In this document: positions 26,228-34,385 of the stretch, in pieces
How positions within the stretch are numbered: position 1 is the stretch's first letter
Layout of the letters: each line of letters starts with the position of its first letter
Assembly (NCBI GenBank): GCA_963768765.1
Contig: CAVYJK010000032.1
Span: 106,318 to 170,317 of the forward strand
Length of the DNA stretch: 64,000 nt
Origin: an uncultured delta proteobacterium
Lineage (GTDB): Bacteria > Desulfobacterota > Desulfobaccia > Desulfobaccales > 0-14-0-80-60-11
Reading direction: 5' to 3'
The notes under the pieces: generated by a model
What the model saw: only the letters and a program-made list of their open reading frames with translations
Told to the model about the DNA's origin: nothing
The model's database searches: none
Program-made: the position numbers and the translations under genes

Positions 26228-26398
26228 GCGCTGCTCTCCTTAAAGATGGGTTTGGTTATTAATTGCGGCCTGCCAGATAGCCGGTTTCCGGGCGCCAGGC
26301 CGGGACTTCGGGGGCGGCGCCCCGTGCCCTTCAGGCTACGGGGGCCCTCCCCTTTGGGCCACCTGGAGTCCAACTGAAACTGGAACCTCGAAACTCTT

Positions 26399-26710
26399 TC
26401 AATCTTCCAGTTTGCAGAAAAGTTCCCGGGTTATGGCAATGAGGTCCAGGAGGCGCGGGTTCCGCAGGCGGTAGAAAACCTGCTGCGCCACCCGCCGGGA
26501 CTCCAGGATCTCCTTGTCCTTGAGCAGGTTGAGGTGCTGGGAGATGCTGGACTGGCTGACTCCCACCGCCTTTTCCAATTCCTGCACCGAGCGCTCGCCG
26601 TCACCCAACAGGTTGATGATCATCAGCCGGATGGGGTGAGCCAGGACCTTGAGGCACCGGGCCGCTTTCTCCAGTCGTTCCTGTATATATTGATGATTCA
26701 TAATATTCAT
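26399..26710 (-). CDS. ArsR/SmtB-family transcriptional regulator
   Basis: CLKVLAHPIRLMIINLL..SVQELEKAVGVSQSSISQHLNLLKDKEIL wHTH. The start is set at MNIMNHQ (ATG 26710) because the predicted promoter lies inside the longer ORF. Confidence 0.85.
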   Translation of the reverse strand: MNIMNHQYIQERLEKAARCLKVLAHPIRLMIINLLGDGERSVQELEKAVGVSQSSISQHLNLLKDKEILESRRVAQQVFYRLRNPRLLDLIAITRELFCKLED

Positions 26711-26720
26711 ATATGCTGAT

Positions 26721-26748
26721 ATTCTAACCCTGGTCAAGAAAATGTCAA
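26721..26748 (-). promoter_or_regulatory. candidate sigma70 promoter of the arsR-tusA operon
   Basis: Minus strand: TTGACA (26748-26743), a 16-nt spacer, then TAGAAT (26726-21). Three direct TTGAC(C/A) repeats lie at 26755-50, 26748-43 and 26737-32. Confidence 0.55.
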
Positions 26749-26859
26749 GGGTCAAGCAAATTTTTTTCCCCCAGTTCCCGCCCTCTGGATATAATAAAAA
26801 AAGTTGACCGCGACACTTAGCCTGCCTTGAAGTCGCGCTCTGACCGCCGGAGGTCGTCC

Positions 26860-26991
26860 ATGCCCAAGAAAGCCATCTGGCTCATCATCCTTTTCACCCT
26901 GCTCTTTATCCTGGGAATCAACACCGGTGATTTGGAGTACCTGTTGAACCTGGGCAACACCATCTGTCTGTCCTGCATCGGGGTCGGATAA
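26860..26991 (+). CDS. 43-aa membrane peptide with C-terminal CxxC
   Basis: Not in the ORF track. GGAGG lies 6 nt before the ATG. MPKKAIWLIILFTLLFILGINTGDLEYLLNLGNTICLSCIGVG. TAATG overlap with the next gene. Confidence 0.55.
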   Translation: MPKKAIWLIILFTLLFILGINTGDLEYLLNLGNTICLSCIGVG

Positions 26992-27896
26992 TGACCAGAT
27001 TCCGGACCCTGGTCCAGACCCTGGTGGCCCTTGGGACCAATGCCTACCTACTTTTTCCCTTTGGCGGCGCCGTAATCTATCAAGGGCCTCTGAAGGCGGT
27101 GTGTCACCCGGGACTCAATTGCTACTCCTGTCCAGGGGCCCTCCTATCGTGCCCCGTGGGCGCGGTGCAGAATTTCATGGCCAGTCTCCGGTTCAGCATG
27201 CCGGGGACCTGGCCCCATTTGGGCACCCTGGTGGTGGGCTACCTGGGGTTCATCGGCACCCTGGTGGGGCGCTTGCCTTGCGGTTGGCTCTGTCCCTTCG
27301 GCTTTATCCAGGATCTCCTCCACAAGATTCCCACTCCGAAGTTTTCCCTGTACCGGCCCCTGCGGTACGTCAAATACGGGGTGCTGGTGGTCCTGGTGCT
27401 GGTCCTGCCCGTCTGGCTGGTGGACGCCTCCGGCCTGGGGCACCCCTGGTTCTGCAAGCTCCTCTGTCCGGCGGGGACCCTGGAAGGGGCCCTGCCCCTC
27501 ATCTTCCTCAAGCCCAGCCTGTGGGCCACCCTGGGTTTCTTTTTCTGGAACAAGCTCACCATCCTGATAATCATCGTGGTCCTGGCCATCCTCATCAGCC
27601 GGCCTTTTTGCCGCATCCTCTGCCCCCTGGGGGCGTTTTACAGCCTGTTTACCCGCATGACCCTGGTGCAGTTGGAGTTCATCGAAGGCAACTGCGTGGA
27701 ATGCGGCTCCTGCGTGCGCAAGTGCCCCACCGGCGTCAAGCCCTTTGAAGAATTCGACAGCCGGGAATGCATCATGTGTCTGAAGTGCCTGGACTCTTGT
27801 CAGTTTGGGGCCCTGTCCTTCGGGGTGCGCCGCCTAAACCACAGGGAGCCGAAGCGGACGACCTCGCCCCTCTATGCTAAGGAAAAAATATCTTGA
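26991..27896 (+). CDS. NapH/MauN-like membrane 4Fe-4S polyferredoxin
   Basis: CYSCPGALLSCP, CGWLCPFG, CKLLCPAG and CRILCPLG membrane Cys motifs, plus the ferredoxin motifs CVECGSCVRKCP and CIMCLKCLDSC. Confidence 0.75.
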   Translation: MTRFRTLVQTLVALGTNAYLLFPFGGAVIYQGPLKAVCHPGLNCYSCPGALLSCPVGAVQNFMASLRFSMPGTWPHLGTLVVGYLGFIGTLVGRLPCGWLCPFGFIQDLLHKIPTPKFSLYRPLRYVKYGVLVVLVLVLPVWLVDASGLGHPWFCKLLCPAGTLEGALPLIFLKPSLWATLGFFFWNKLTILIIIVVLAILISRPFCRILCPLGAFYSLFTRMTLVQLEFIEGNCVECGSCVRKCPTGVKPFEEFDSRECIMCLKCLDSCQFGALSFGVRRLNHREPKRTTSPLYAKEKIS

Positions 27897-27920
27897 CAGA
27901 GTTTTTATTTAATTCATAAT
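27893..27920 (+). promoter_or_regulatory. candidate sigma70 promoter of the IHF/HU gene
   Basis: TTGACA (27893-98), a 16-nt spacer, then CATAAT (27915-20). Confidence 0.5.
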
Positions 27921-27961
27921 ATTCAAGTAATTACACCGGTATAGCCTCAGGAGAATGGGTC

Positions 27962-28255
27962 ATGGCCCTCACCAAGGAAAAATTGATCAGCCGCTTACAG
28001 ACTCAGGTAGGTTTGAGCAAGCAGGAATCCCGCTCAGTGGTGGAACGAGTCCTGGACATCATGAAGGAGACTCTGGCCCAAAGCGAAGACTTGCTCATCA
28101 GCGGTTTTGGGAAGTTCTCGGTGAGGCAGAAGAACGCCCGCCGGGGCAGGAACCCGCAAACCAAGGAAAATCTCATCCTCCGGGCCCGCAAAGTAGTGGT
28201 GTTCAAAACCTCCGGAGTGCTGCGCAACCGCATCAATGGCGACAGTTCCTCCTAA
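27962..28255 (+). CDS. integration host factor / HU-family DNA-binding protein (IHF-alpha-like)
   Basis: MALTKEKLISRLQ..ISGFGKFSVRQKNARRGRNPQTKE. Confidence 0.85.
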   Translation: MALTKEKLISRLQTQVGLSKQESRSVVERVLDIMKETLAQSEDLLISGFGKFSVRQKNARRGRNPQTKENLILRARKVVVFKTSGVLRNRINGDSSS

Positions 28256-28369
28256 GCACTCGCCCCAACCGGCAACCCCTTAAGAAAGGCCCTGTGATCA
28301 CCGTCCGTCCTCATCCTTGCTGGTAGGGAACTTCTTTCAGGGGAACCAGGTCATGGAAGGCGAAGCCGC

Positions 28370-29539
28370 ATGAGGACCCCATTTCAGGGCTTGTGTAGCT
28401 GGTGCTTGAGCCGTCGGACCTTCATCCGCGCCGGCGCCGGCGCCCTGGCCTTGCTGGCCCTACCCTTTCGCCCCGCCGGGGCCCGGGCCCAGGAAATCAG
28501 CCACGGATATCTGAGTCCCCGCCTCGCCGCCTTTTTCCGCAAGCTGCCCCAAGAGATGGTCCAGTGCCAGCTCTGCCCCCGGAACTGCGAGGTCATGCCC
28601 GGCGAGCGGGGCGAATGCGGGGTCCGGGAGAACCGCCAGGGGGAGTATTACACCCTGGTCTACGGCAACCCCTGCGCGGTGCACGTGGACCCCATCGAAA
28701 AGAAGCCGCTGTTTCATATCCTGCCCGGCAGCGCCTCTTTTTCCATCGCCACCGCGGGCTGCAACCTGCACTGCAAGTTCTGCCAGAACTGGGAGATTTC
28801 CCAGGCCCGGCCGGAAAAGACTTATAACCTGGAGCTGCCGCCGGAAAAGGTCATCAATGAGGCCCGGAAGACCCAGAGCCTCTCCATTGCTTACACCTAC
28901 GTGGAGCCCATAATCTTCTATGAGTACATGATCGACGTGGCCCGCCTGGCCAAGGCCGCCGGCATCCTCAACGTTTGCCATTCCGCCGGCTACATCAACC
29001 CGGAGCCCCTGAAAAAATTGACGGAGGTCCTGGACGCGGCCTGCATCGATCTCAAGTCCTTTGAGCCCAAGTTCTACCGGGACCTGGTGGGGGCGGAGCT
29101 GGCCCCGGTGCTGGAGACCCTGAAAACCCTGCGCCGCCAGGGGGTGCATCTGGAGATCGTCAACCTGGTGATCCCCCAGTTCAACGACCGGCCGGAGGCC
29201 ATCACCGGGATGTGCGCCTGGATCCGGGACGAGTTGGGGCCGCTGACGCCCGTGCACTTCTCCCGGTTCTATCCCCTGTACAAGATGCTGAACCATTACC
29301 CCACCCCGGTGAGCACCCTGGAGCAGGCCCGGGAACTGGCCCTGAAAGCCGGCTTGAAGTACGTCTACCTGGGCAACATCCCGGGCCACGAGGCGGAGAA
29401 CACCTTCTGCCACCAGTGCGGCAAAATGCTCATCGCGCGCACCGGCTACCGCATCGGCGAGACCCACCTGAAGGACGGGGCCTGCGCCTTTTGCGGCACC
29501 AAAATTCCGGGCATCTGGAAGAAGCCGCAAGTTACTTGA
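28370..29539 (+). CDS. AmmeMemoRadiSam-system radical SAM enzyme with a twin-arginine-like signal
   Basis: SRRTFIRAGAGALALLALP N-terminus; CQLCPRNC; ATAGCNLHCKFCQNWEIS (CxxxCxxC); C-terminal FCHQCG..CAFCG. Confidence 0.75.
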   Translation: MRTPFQGLCSWCLSRRTFIRAGAGALALLALPFRPAGARAQEISHGYLSPRLAAFFRKLPQEMVQCQLCPRNCEVMPGERGECGVRENRQGEYYTLVYGNPCAVHVDPIEKKPLFHILPGSASFSIATAGCNLHCKFCQNWEISQARPEKTYNLELPPEKVINEARKTQSLSIAYTYVEPIIFYEYMIDVARLAKAAGILNVCHSAGYINPEPLKKLTEVLDAACIDLKSFEPKFYRDLVGAELAPVLETLKTLRRQGVHLEIVNLVIPQFNDRPEAITGMCAWIRDELGPLTPVHFSRFYPLYKMLNHYPTPVSTLEQARELALKAGLKYVYLGNIPGHEAENTFCHQCGKMLIARTGYRIGETHLKDGACAFCGTKIPGIWKKPQVT

Positions 29540-29544
29540 GATGA

Positions 29545-29597
29545 TTTTTTGGGGGGAGGGCCAGGGACTTTTTCGTAAGTGGTCCCTGCCCTCCCCC
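29545..29597. repeat. B-type G-rich hairpin
   Basis: TTTTTTGGGGGGAGGGCCAGGGAC-13 nt-GTCCCTGCCCTCCCCC. Relatives at 905-945, 32501-32545 and 45188-45227. Confidence 0.85.
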
Positions 29598-29617
29598 ATA
29601 CCCCTGGAGCCTCACCC

Positions 29618-30709
29618 ATGGGCTGGCGCTGCGGTATCATCGGCCTTCCCAACGCCGGGAAGACCACCATCTTCAACGCCCTGACCGCCGGGCAGGCCGA
29701 GGTGGCCAGCTATCCCTTCAGCACCATCTCCCCCAACACCGGGGTGGTGCCCATCCCCGACCCCCGGCTGGCGCGCCTGGGAGAGCTGCTCAAACCCCAG
29801 CGCCTCACTCCCGCCACCATCGAATTCGTGGACGTGGCCGGGCTCATCGCCGGGGCCTCCCGGGGGGAGGGGCTGGGAAACCAGTTCCTGGCTGCGATCC
29901 GGGAGGTGGACCTCCTGGTCCACGTGGTGCGGTGCTTCGGTGACACTTCTTGCCCCCACCCCTTATCGGAGCTGGACCCGGTGCGGGACGTGGAAGTGGT
30001 GGAAACCGAACTCATCCTGGCGGACCTGGAGATCCTGGAGCGCCAGCGGGTGAAAACGGAGAAGCGGGCCAAAGCCGGAGACCAGGCGGCCACCCCCTCC
30101 CTGGCCGCCCTGCTCCGGGCGGAGTCCGGCCTCAACCGGGGAAAATGGGTCCGGGACCTGGGCTTGGGCCCCGGGGACCTGGAGCATCTTAAGGCCACCC
30201 CCTTGCTGACCTCGAAACCTTGCCTGTTCGTGGCTAATTTAAGCGAAGAGGAGCTCAACGGCGGCCCTAACTACCAGTCCCTCCTGCAGTTCGCCGCCGG
30301 CCGGGGAGCGCCGGTGGTGCCCATCCTGGGGGACCTGGAAGCCGAACTCCAGGAGTTCAGCCCCGAGGACCGGGGGGAATTCCTGGCCGGCCTGGGCTTA
30401 AAAGAGGCCGGCATCACCCGGTTGATCCGGGAATCCTCCCGACTGCTAAGCCTGGTCACCTTCTACACCATTGTGGGCCCCGAGGTGCGAGCCTGGACTG
30501 TGCCCGCGGGCACGCCGGCGCCCAAGGCCGCGGGCCAGGTCCACTCGGACATGGAAAAGGGTTTCATCCGGGCCGAAGTGATGAGCTTCGACGATCTGGC
30601 CCGATTGGGCACCCCCGCCAGGGTCAAAGAGACCGGCCGCCTCCACGTGGAAGGGAGAGATTACCTGGTCAAAGACGGCGAGATCCTGCTGTTCCGCTTC
30701 CAGCGATGA
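29618..30709 (+). CDS. ychF: redox-regulated ATPase YchF
   Basis: CGIIGLPNAGKTTIFNALT, ..FVDVAGL..GASRGEGLGNQFL.., C-terminal TGS-like IRAEV... Confidence 0.9.
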   Translation: MGWRCGIIGLPNAGKTTIFNALTAGQAEVASYPFSTISPNTGVVPIPDPRLARLGELLKPQRLTPATIEFVDVAGLIAGASRGEGLGNQFLAAIREVDLLVHVVRCFGDTSCPHPLSELDPVRDVEVVETELILADLEILERQRVKTEKRAKAGDQAATPSLAALLRAESGLNRGKWVRDLGLGPGDLEHLKATPLLTSKPCLFVANLSEEELNGGPNYQSLLQFAAGRGAPVVPILGDLEAELQEFSPEDRGEFLAGLGLKEAGITRLIRESSRLLSLVTFYTIVGPEVRAWTVPAGTPAPKAAGQVHSDMEKGFIRAEVMSFDDLARLGTPARVKETGRLHVEGRDYLVKDGEILLFRFQR

Positions 30710-30791
30710 GACCAGGGTCATCGCCGCCAGGCGCGTTTGCTTTTTTCGAAATAATGTGATAAAAAATCATAGGGAAGGGAGGTGGAAAAGG

Positions 30792-31280
30792 ATGTTCGAG
30801 ATTGGCCAGTTGGCCGTTTACCCCGCCCATGGGGTTGGGGTGATCGAGGCTGTCCAGGAACGGAAAGGCTCGGGATCTTCGCAACAATTCTACATCATGC
30901 GCCTTCTGGACAGCAATATGATCATCATGATTCCCACCGGCAATGCCCGCAACATCGGGCTTCGAGATATCATCGACGCCCCGGCGGTGTCCGAAGTTTA
31001 CAAGATCCTGCAGTATCGGCCCATTCGCCTCAACAACCAGACCTGGAATCGCCGCTACCGTGACTACATGGACAAGATTAAAACCGGCTCCCCCTTCAGG
31101 GTGGCGGAAGTTCTCCGGGACCTGACGCTTCTCAAGTCCGAAAAGGACCTCTCCTTCGGGGAGCGCAAGATGCTGGACACGGCCAAGAATCTATTAATCA
31201 AAGAACTTTCCCTGGTAAACAACGAAAAAGAGGACGAAATCGAGGCACAACTTCAGGAGTTGCTGGGAAACGACTCCTGA
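30792..31280 (+). CDS. carD: CarD-family transcriptional regulator
   Basis: MFEIGQLAVYPAHGVGVIEAV..FYIMRLLDSNMIIMIP..VYKIL..W.RRYRDY. Confidence 0.85.
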   Translation: MFEIGQLAVYPAHGVGVIEAVQERKGSGSSQQFYIMRLLDSNMIIMIPTGNARNIGLRDIIDAPAVSEVYKILQYRPIRLNNQTWNRRYRDYMDKIKTGSPFRVAEVLRDLTLLKSEKDLSFGERKMLDTAKNLLIKELSLVNNEKEDEIEAQLQELLGNDS

Positions 31281-31469
31281 ATCTGTTCTCCCCTTTTCTG
31301 CGTTTAAACTAATTGAATTACGGCTCCTGTTCCTCTACTTTAGATATTGGCAAACGGAGGGCGTAATTTTGGCCCTGCCGCCGACGTCAGCGGAGAAGAT
31401 CCCGCCTGGCGACACCGGATACCGTTCGTCCCGCCTTTAATTCTTCCTGCGAAAGGAGGTGAGATCTTA

Positions 31470-32493
31470 GTGCTACAGAAGGTGGTCATTGGGGCCATCA
31501 TGGGGACAATTTGCGCCGTCAGCGGCTACCTCATCGCTTCCCAGATTCCACAGTTCGACCACTTGTGGTGGTCCGGCTATGTCGGGGCCGCAGCCGGGTT
31601 GGCGGCGGCCATCCTGACCCTGGGCCTGGAGCAGGTCATCAAACGCATTCCGCTCAAGACCATTGTGGGCAGCACCCTGGGCCTCTTTGTGGGCCTGGGG
31701 ATCGGCAAACTGGCCAGCTACCCCTTCGACAAGTACCTGGAACTCCCCAACCTGCAAATTCCTTTATATATCTTTTTTTCTGCAATCTTCGGTTATATCG
31801 GCCTGGTGTTGGGGGGCAAAAAGATGTCGGAGGTCAGCACCCCTTATTTCCTGGACCCCACCAGCAAGCCGTCCCGCCTGATCTCTAAAAATCCTGGACA
31901 CCAGCGTCATCATCGACGGCCGCATTGCCGACATCGCGGAAACGGGATTCATCGAGGGCACCCTGGTGGTGCCCAAGTTTATCCTGGAAGAGCTGCAATA
32001 TGTCGCCGATTCGCCCGACGACCTGCGGCGCAGCCGGGGCCGCCGGGGCTTGGATATCCTCAAGCGGCTCCAGCAACACAACCCCCTGCGGGTGGAGTTT
32101 CTGGATGATGACATCCCCACCGCGGCGGGGGTGGATTCCAAACTGGTGGCCCTGGCGCTCAAGCTCCGGGCCAAGGTCCTGACCAACGACTTCAACCTCC
32201 ACAAGGTGGCGGAGCTGCAGGGCATCGAGGTCCTCAACATCAACCAGCTGGCCAACGCCATGAAGCCCGCGGTCCTGCCGGGGGAGAGCCTGCACGTGCA
32301 GATCTTGCGGGAGGGGAAATCCCAGGGCCAGGGCGTGGCTTATCTCGACGACGGCACCATGGTGGTCATCGAAAATGCCCGGCGCTTCATCGGCCGGGAA
32401 GTGGAGGTCGCGGTCACCAGCGTCCTGCAGACTACCGCCGGGCGCATGATCTTCAGTGAAATCAAAAACGGCGGCGCCCTGCGCAAGGTGTGA
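31470..32493 (+). CDS. PIN/TRAM-domain membrane protein (YacL-like), frameshifted at the A5 run 31887-31891 as sequenced
   Basis: GTG at 31470 with the RBS AAGGAGGTG. The TM-rich N-terminal part shifts into [37 protein letters not shown] (PIN) and a C-terminal TRAM ([20 protein letters not shown]). Length mod 3 = 1. Confidence 0.8.
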
Positions 32494-32500
32494 TGACCGT

Positions 32501-32635
32501 TTGAGGGGAGGGCCGGGGGACGCGTGTCCCCCGCCCTCCCCTCAAGCTCCCCTCCCACCCCCCTACATGGGGTTTGGGGGAGAGGGTTTGGGAGAGGGGG
32601 CAGGGGCCGCCTGCCCCTGGCCCTCTCTCCCAAAA
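32501..32635. repeat. two adjacent B-type G-rich hairpins
   Basis: TTGAGGGGAGGGCCGGGGGACgcgTGTCCCCCGCCCTCCCCTCAA and GGGAGAGGGGGCAGGGGCcgCCTGCCCCTGGCCCTCTCTCCCAAAA. Confidence 0.85.
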
Positions 32636-32671
32636 TCTTTCTGACAACAACCTCAAATCGCGTGCGGATTT

Positions 32672-33643
32672 TTGCAATCAGATACCGGCGAGTCTGAAAC
32701 CCTGGCCCTCACCGTGGCGGCCCCGGATGCCGGCGCCCGCCTGGACCAGCTTTTGGCCCGGCGCCTGGGCTGGTCCCGGGCCCGGCTGCAAAAGCTGTTG
32801 AAGTCCGGGCGGGTTTCGGTCAACGGCCACCTGCGGCCCGGGTCTTACCGGGTGCGGGCCGGCGACGCCGTCCTGATGTCGGTGCCGGCGCCTGCGCCCA
32901 GCGTTCTCACGCCGGAAGCCCTGCCCCTCACCATCGTCTTTGAGGACCGGGACCTCCTGGTGGTCAACAAGCCCCCGGGCCTGGTGGTGCACCCGGCCCC
33001 CGGGCACCGTGGCGGGACGCTCTTGAACGCCCTGCTGGCCCACTGCCCGGAGCTCACCGAAATCGGCGAAGTGAGCCGCCCCGGCCTGGTGCACCGTCTG
33101 GACAAGGACACCAGCGGGGTCCTGGTGGTGGCCAAGACGGCCCTGGCGCATGCCTCCCTGGTGCGCCAGTTCCAGGCCCATGAAATCACCAAAAGATACC
33201 TGGCCCTGGTCTGGGGGCGCCTGCCGGCGCCGCAGGGGCAAATCGACAAGGAGATCGGGCGGCACCCCAAAGAGCGCCAGAAGATGACGGTGCACCCCCG
33301 CCGGGGAAAGCACGCCCTCACCTTCTGGCGGGTGCGCCGGGAATTCCCCGGCCCCCTGACCCTAATGGAACTCACCCCCCAGACGGGGCGCACCCACCAG
33401 CTTAGGGTGCACCTGGCCTCGGAGGGCCACCCGGTCCTGGGGGACGCCACCTACGGCGGCGGGGTGAGCCGCCTGGCCGGGGCCCCCAAACTTAAGGGGC
33501 TGCGGCCCCTGGTGCGCCGCCAACTGCTGCACGCCTGGCAACTGGGGCTCACGCATCCCCGCACCGGGGAGACCCTAAGCTGGGAGGCGCCGCTGCCGGA
33601 GGATTTTCAGGCGGTTTTGGATTATTTAGAAAGAATGCCTTAA
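32672..33643 (+). CDS. rluD: RluA-family 23S rRNA pseudouridine synthase (RluD-like)
   Basis: S4-like N-terminus (RLDQLLA..), ..LLVVNKPPGLVVHP.. and HRLDKDTSGVLVVAK catalytic motif. Start uncertain. Confidence 0.85.
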   Translation: MQSDTGESETLALTVAAPDAGARLDQLLARRLGWSRARLQKLLKSGRVSVNGHLRPGSYRVRAGDAVLMSVPAPAPSVLTPEALPLTIVFEDRDLLVVNKPPGLVVHPAPGHRGGTLLNALLAHCPELTEIGEVSRPGLVHRLDKDTSGVLVVAKTALAHASLVRQFQAHEITKRYLALVWGRLPAPQGQIDKEIGRHPKERQKMTVHPRRGKHALTFWRVRREFPGPLTLMELTPQTGRTHQLRVHLASEGHPVLGDATYGGGVSRLAGAPKLKGLRPLVRRQLLHAWQLGLTHPRTGETLSWEAPLPEDFQAVLDYLERMP

Positions 33644-33704
33644 TACAGGCGCAATTACCATGTTAGCAATACCAGAAACCGAATTATCCGTCGGAGGCAG
33701 TGAA

Positions 33705-34202
33705 GTGAAGAAAATTGTTGCTGCTGGGACAATTATTGCAATCTTGGTACTGGGTTACGGCTTAGTGGGTTCAGCGGAATTGCCCGCCACCGCGCCAATG
33801 CCAGAGAAATTTAAGGAACTAAAGGTTATAAAGCCCAACTCCTCTGTCCCCAAAGATGTTGCCGATTTTTCGGGAGAATGGGAAGGGGTATGGAAGTACG
33901 TAGGATCAACGGGAGATTCAATTTTTAAGGGCCTACCCTTTGGGCAGGAGACCCGCCGGGCAAAACTCATTGTCTATGAAGTGTCCTCTGACAAAATAAA
34001 GGTTCTTTATGGGTGGGGCAATAGCCCTTATACTGGCGGCAAGGGGGGCTGGCGATTATTTGATTCCGAGATTAGGGATGAAAATGGGAAAAAGTGCTTT
34101 TCATTCATTGGGGCCGCGAGAGTGGAATTCTATCTGGAGAATGGAATTCTTAAAGGCTCCTCTGATAAAAATTTTGAGGCTGAAATGAAGCGAATCAATT
34201 AA
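33705..34202 (+). CDS. hypothetical signal-anchored/secreted protein, AT-rich orphan
   Basis: GTG at 33705 with GGAGG 7 nt upstream. VKKIVAAGTIIAILVLGYGLVGSA signal-like N-terminus. No recognisable family. Clearly AT-richer than neighbours. Confidence 0.5.
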   Translation: MKKIVAAGTIIAILVLGYGLVGSAELPATAPMPEKFKELKVIKPNSSVPKDVADFSGEWEGVWKYVGSTGDSIFKGLPFGQETRRAKLIVYEVSSDKIKVLYGWGNSPYTGGKGGWRLFDSEIRDENGKKCFSFIGAARVEFYLENGILKGSSDKNFEAEMKRIN

Positions 34203-34220
34203 TATTCGTAGTAAATGTAT

Positions 34221-34359
34221 GGTGGGCACCGCTCACCATAAAACACCGACAGAATGAGGTGGGCCATGGCCCACCCTACACAACTACACAACTTAAGGGG
34301 TTGGGGGAGGGTTTCAGGGAGGATTGTAAGTGGGCCGTCGGCCCCTAGCCCCCTCCCTG
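34221..34359. repeat. hairpins GGTGGGCACCGCTCACC and GGTGGGCCATGGCCCACC plus a C-type repeat (34293-34359)
   Basis: The C-type copy AAGGGGTTGGGGGAGGGTTTCAGGGAGGATTGTAAGTGGGCCGTCGGCCCCTAGCCCCCTCCCTGA is nearly collinear with 45307-45373. Confidence 0.85.
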
Positions 34360-34385
34360 AGAAGGCATTTCCTGAGAGGTTTACC

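Noticed and set aside
29545-29597. B-type G-rich hairpins considered as intrinsic terminators (also 905-945, 32501-32635, 45188-45227)
   Set aside because: The T run lies 5' of the stem on one strand, and an A run lies 3' on the other. Neither orientation gives a stem followed by a U-tract.
31347-31469. N-terminal 41 codons of the listed ORF 31347..32108
   Set aside because: GTG at 31470 has a strong AAGGAGGTG RBS and begins the hydrophobic N-terminus. The upstream extension is unsupported.
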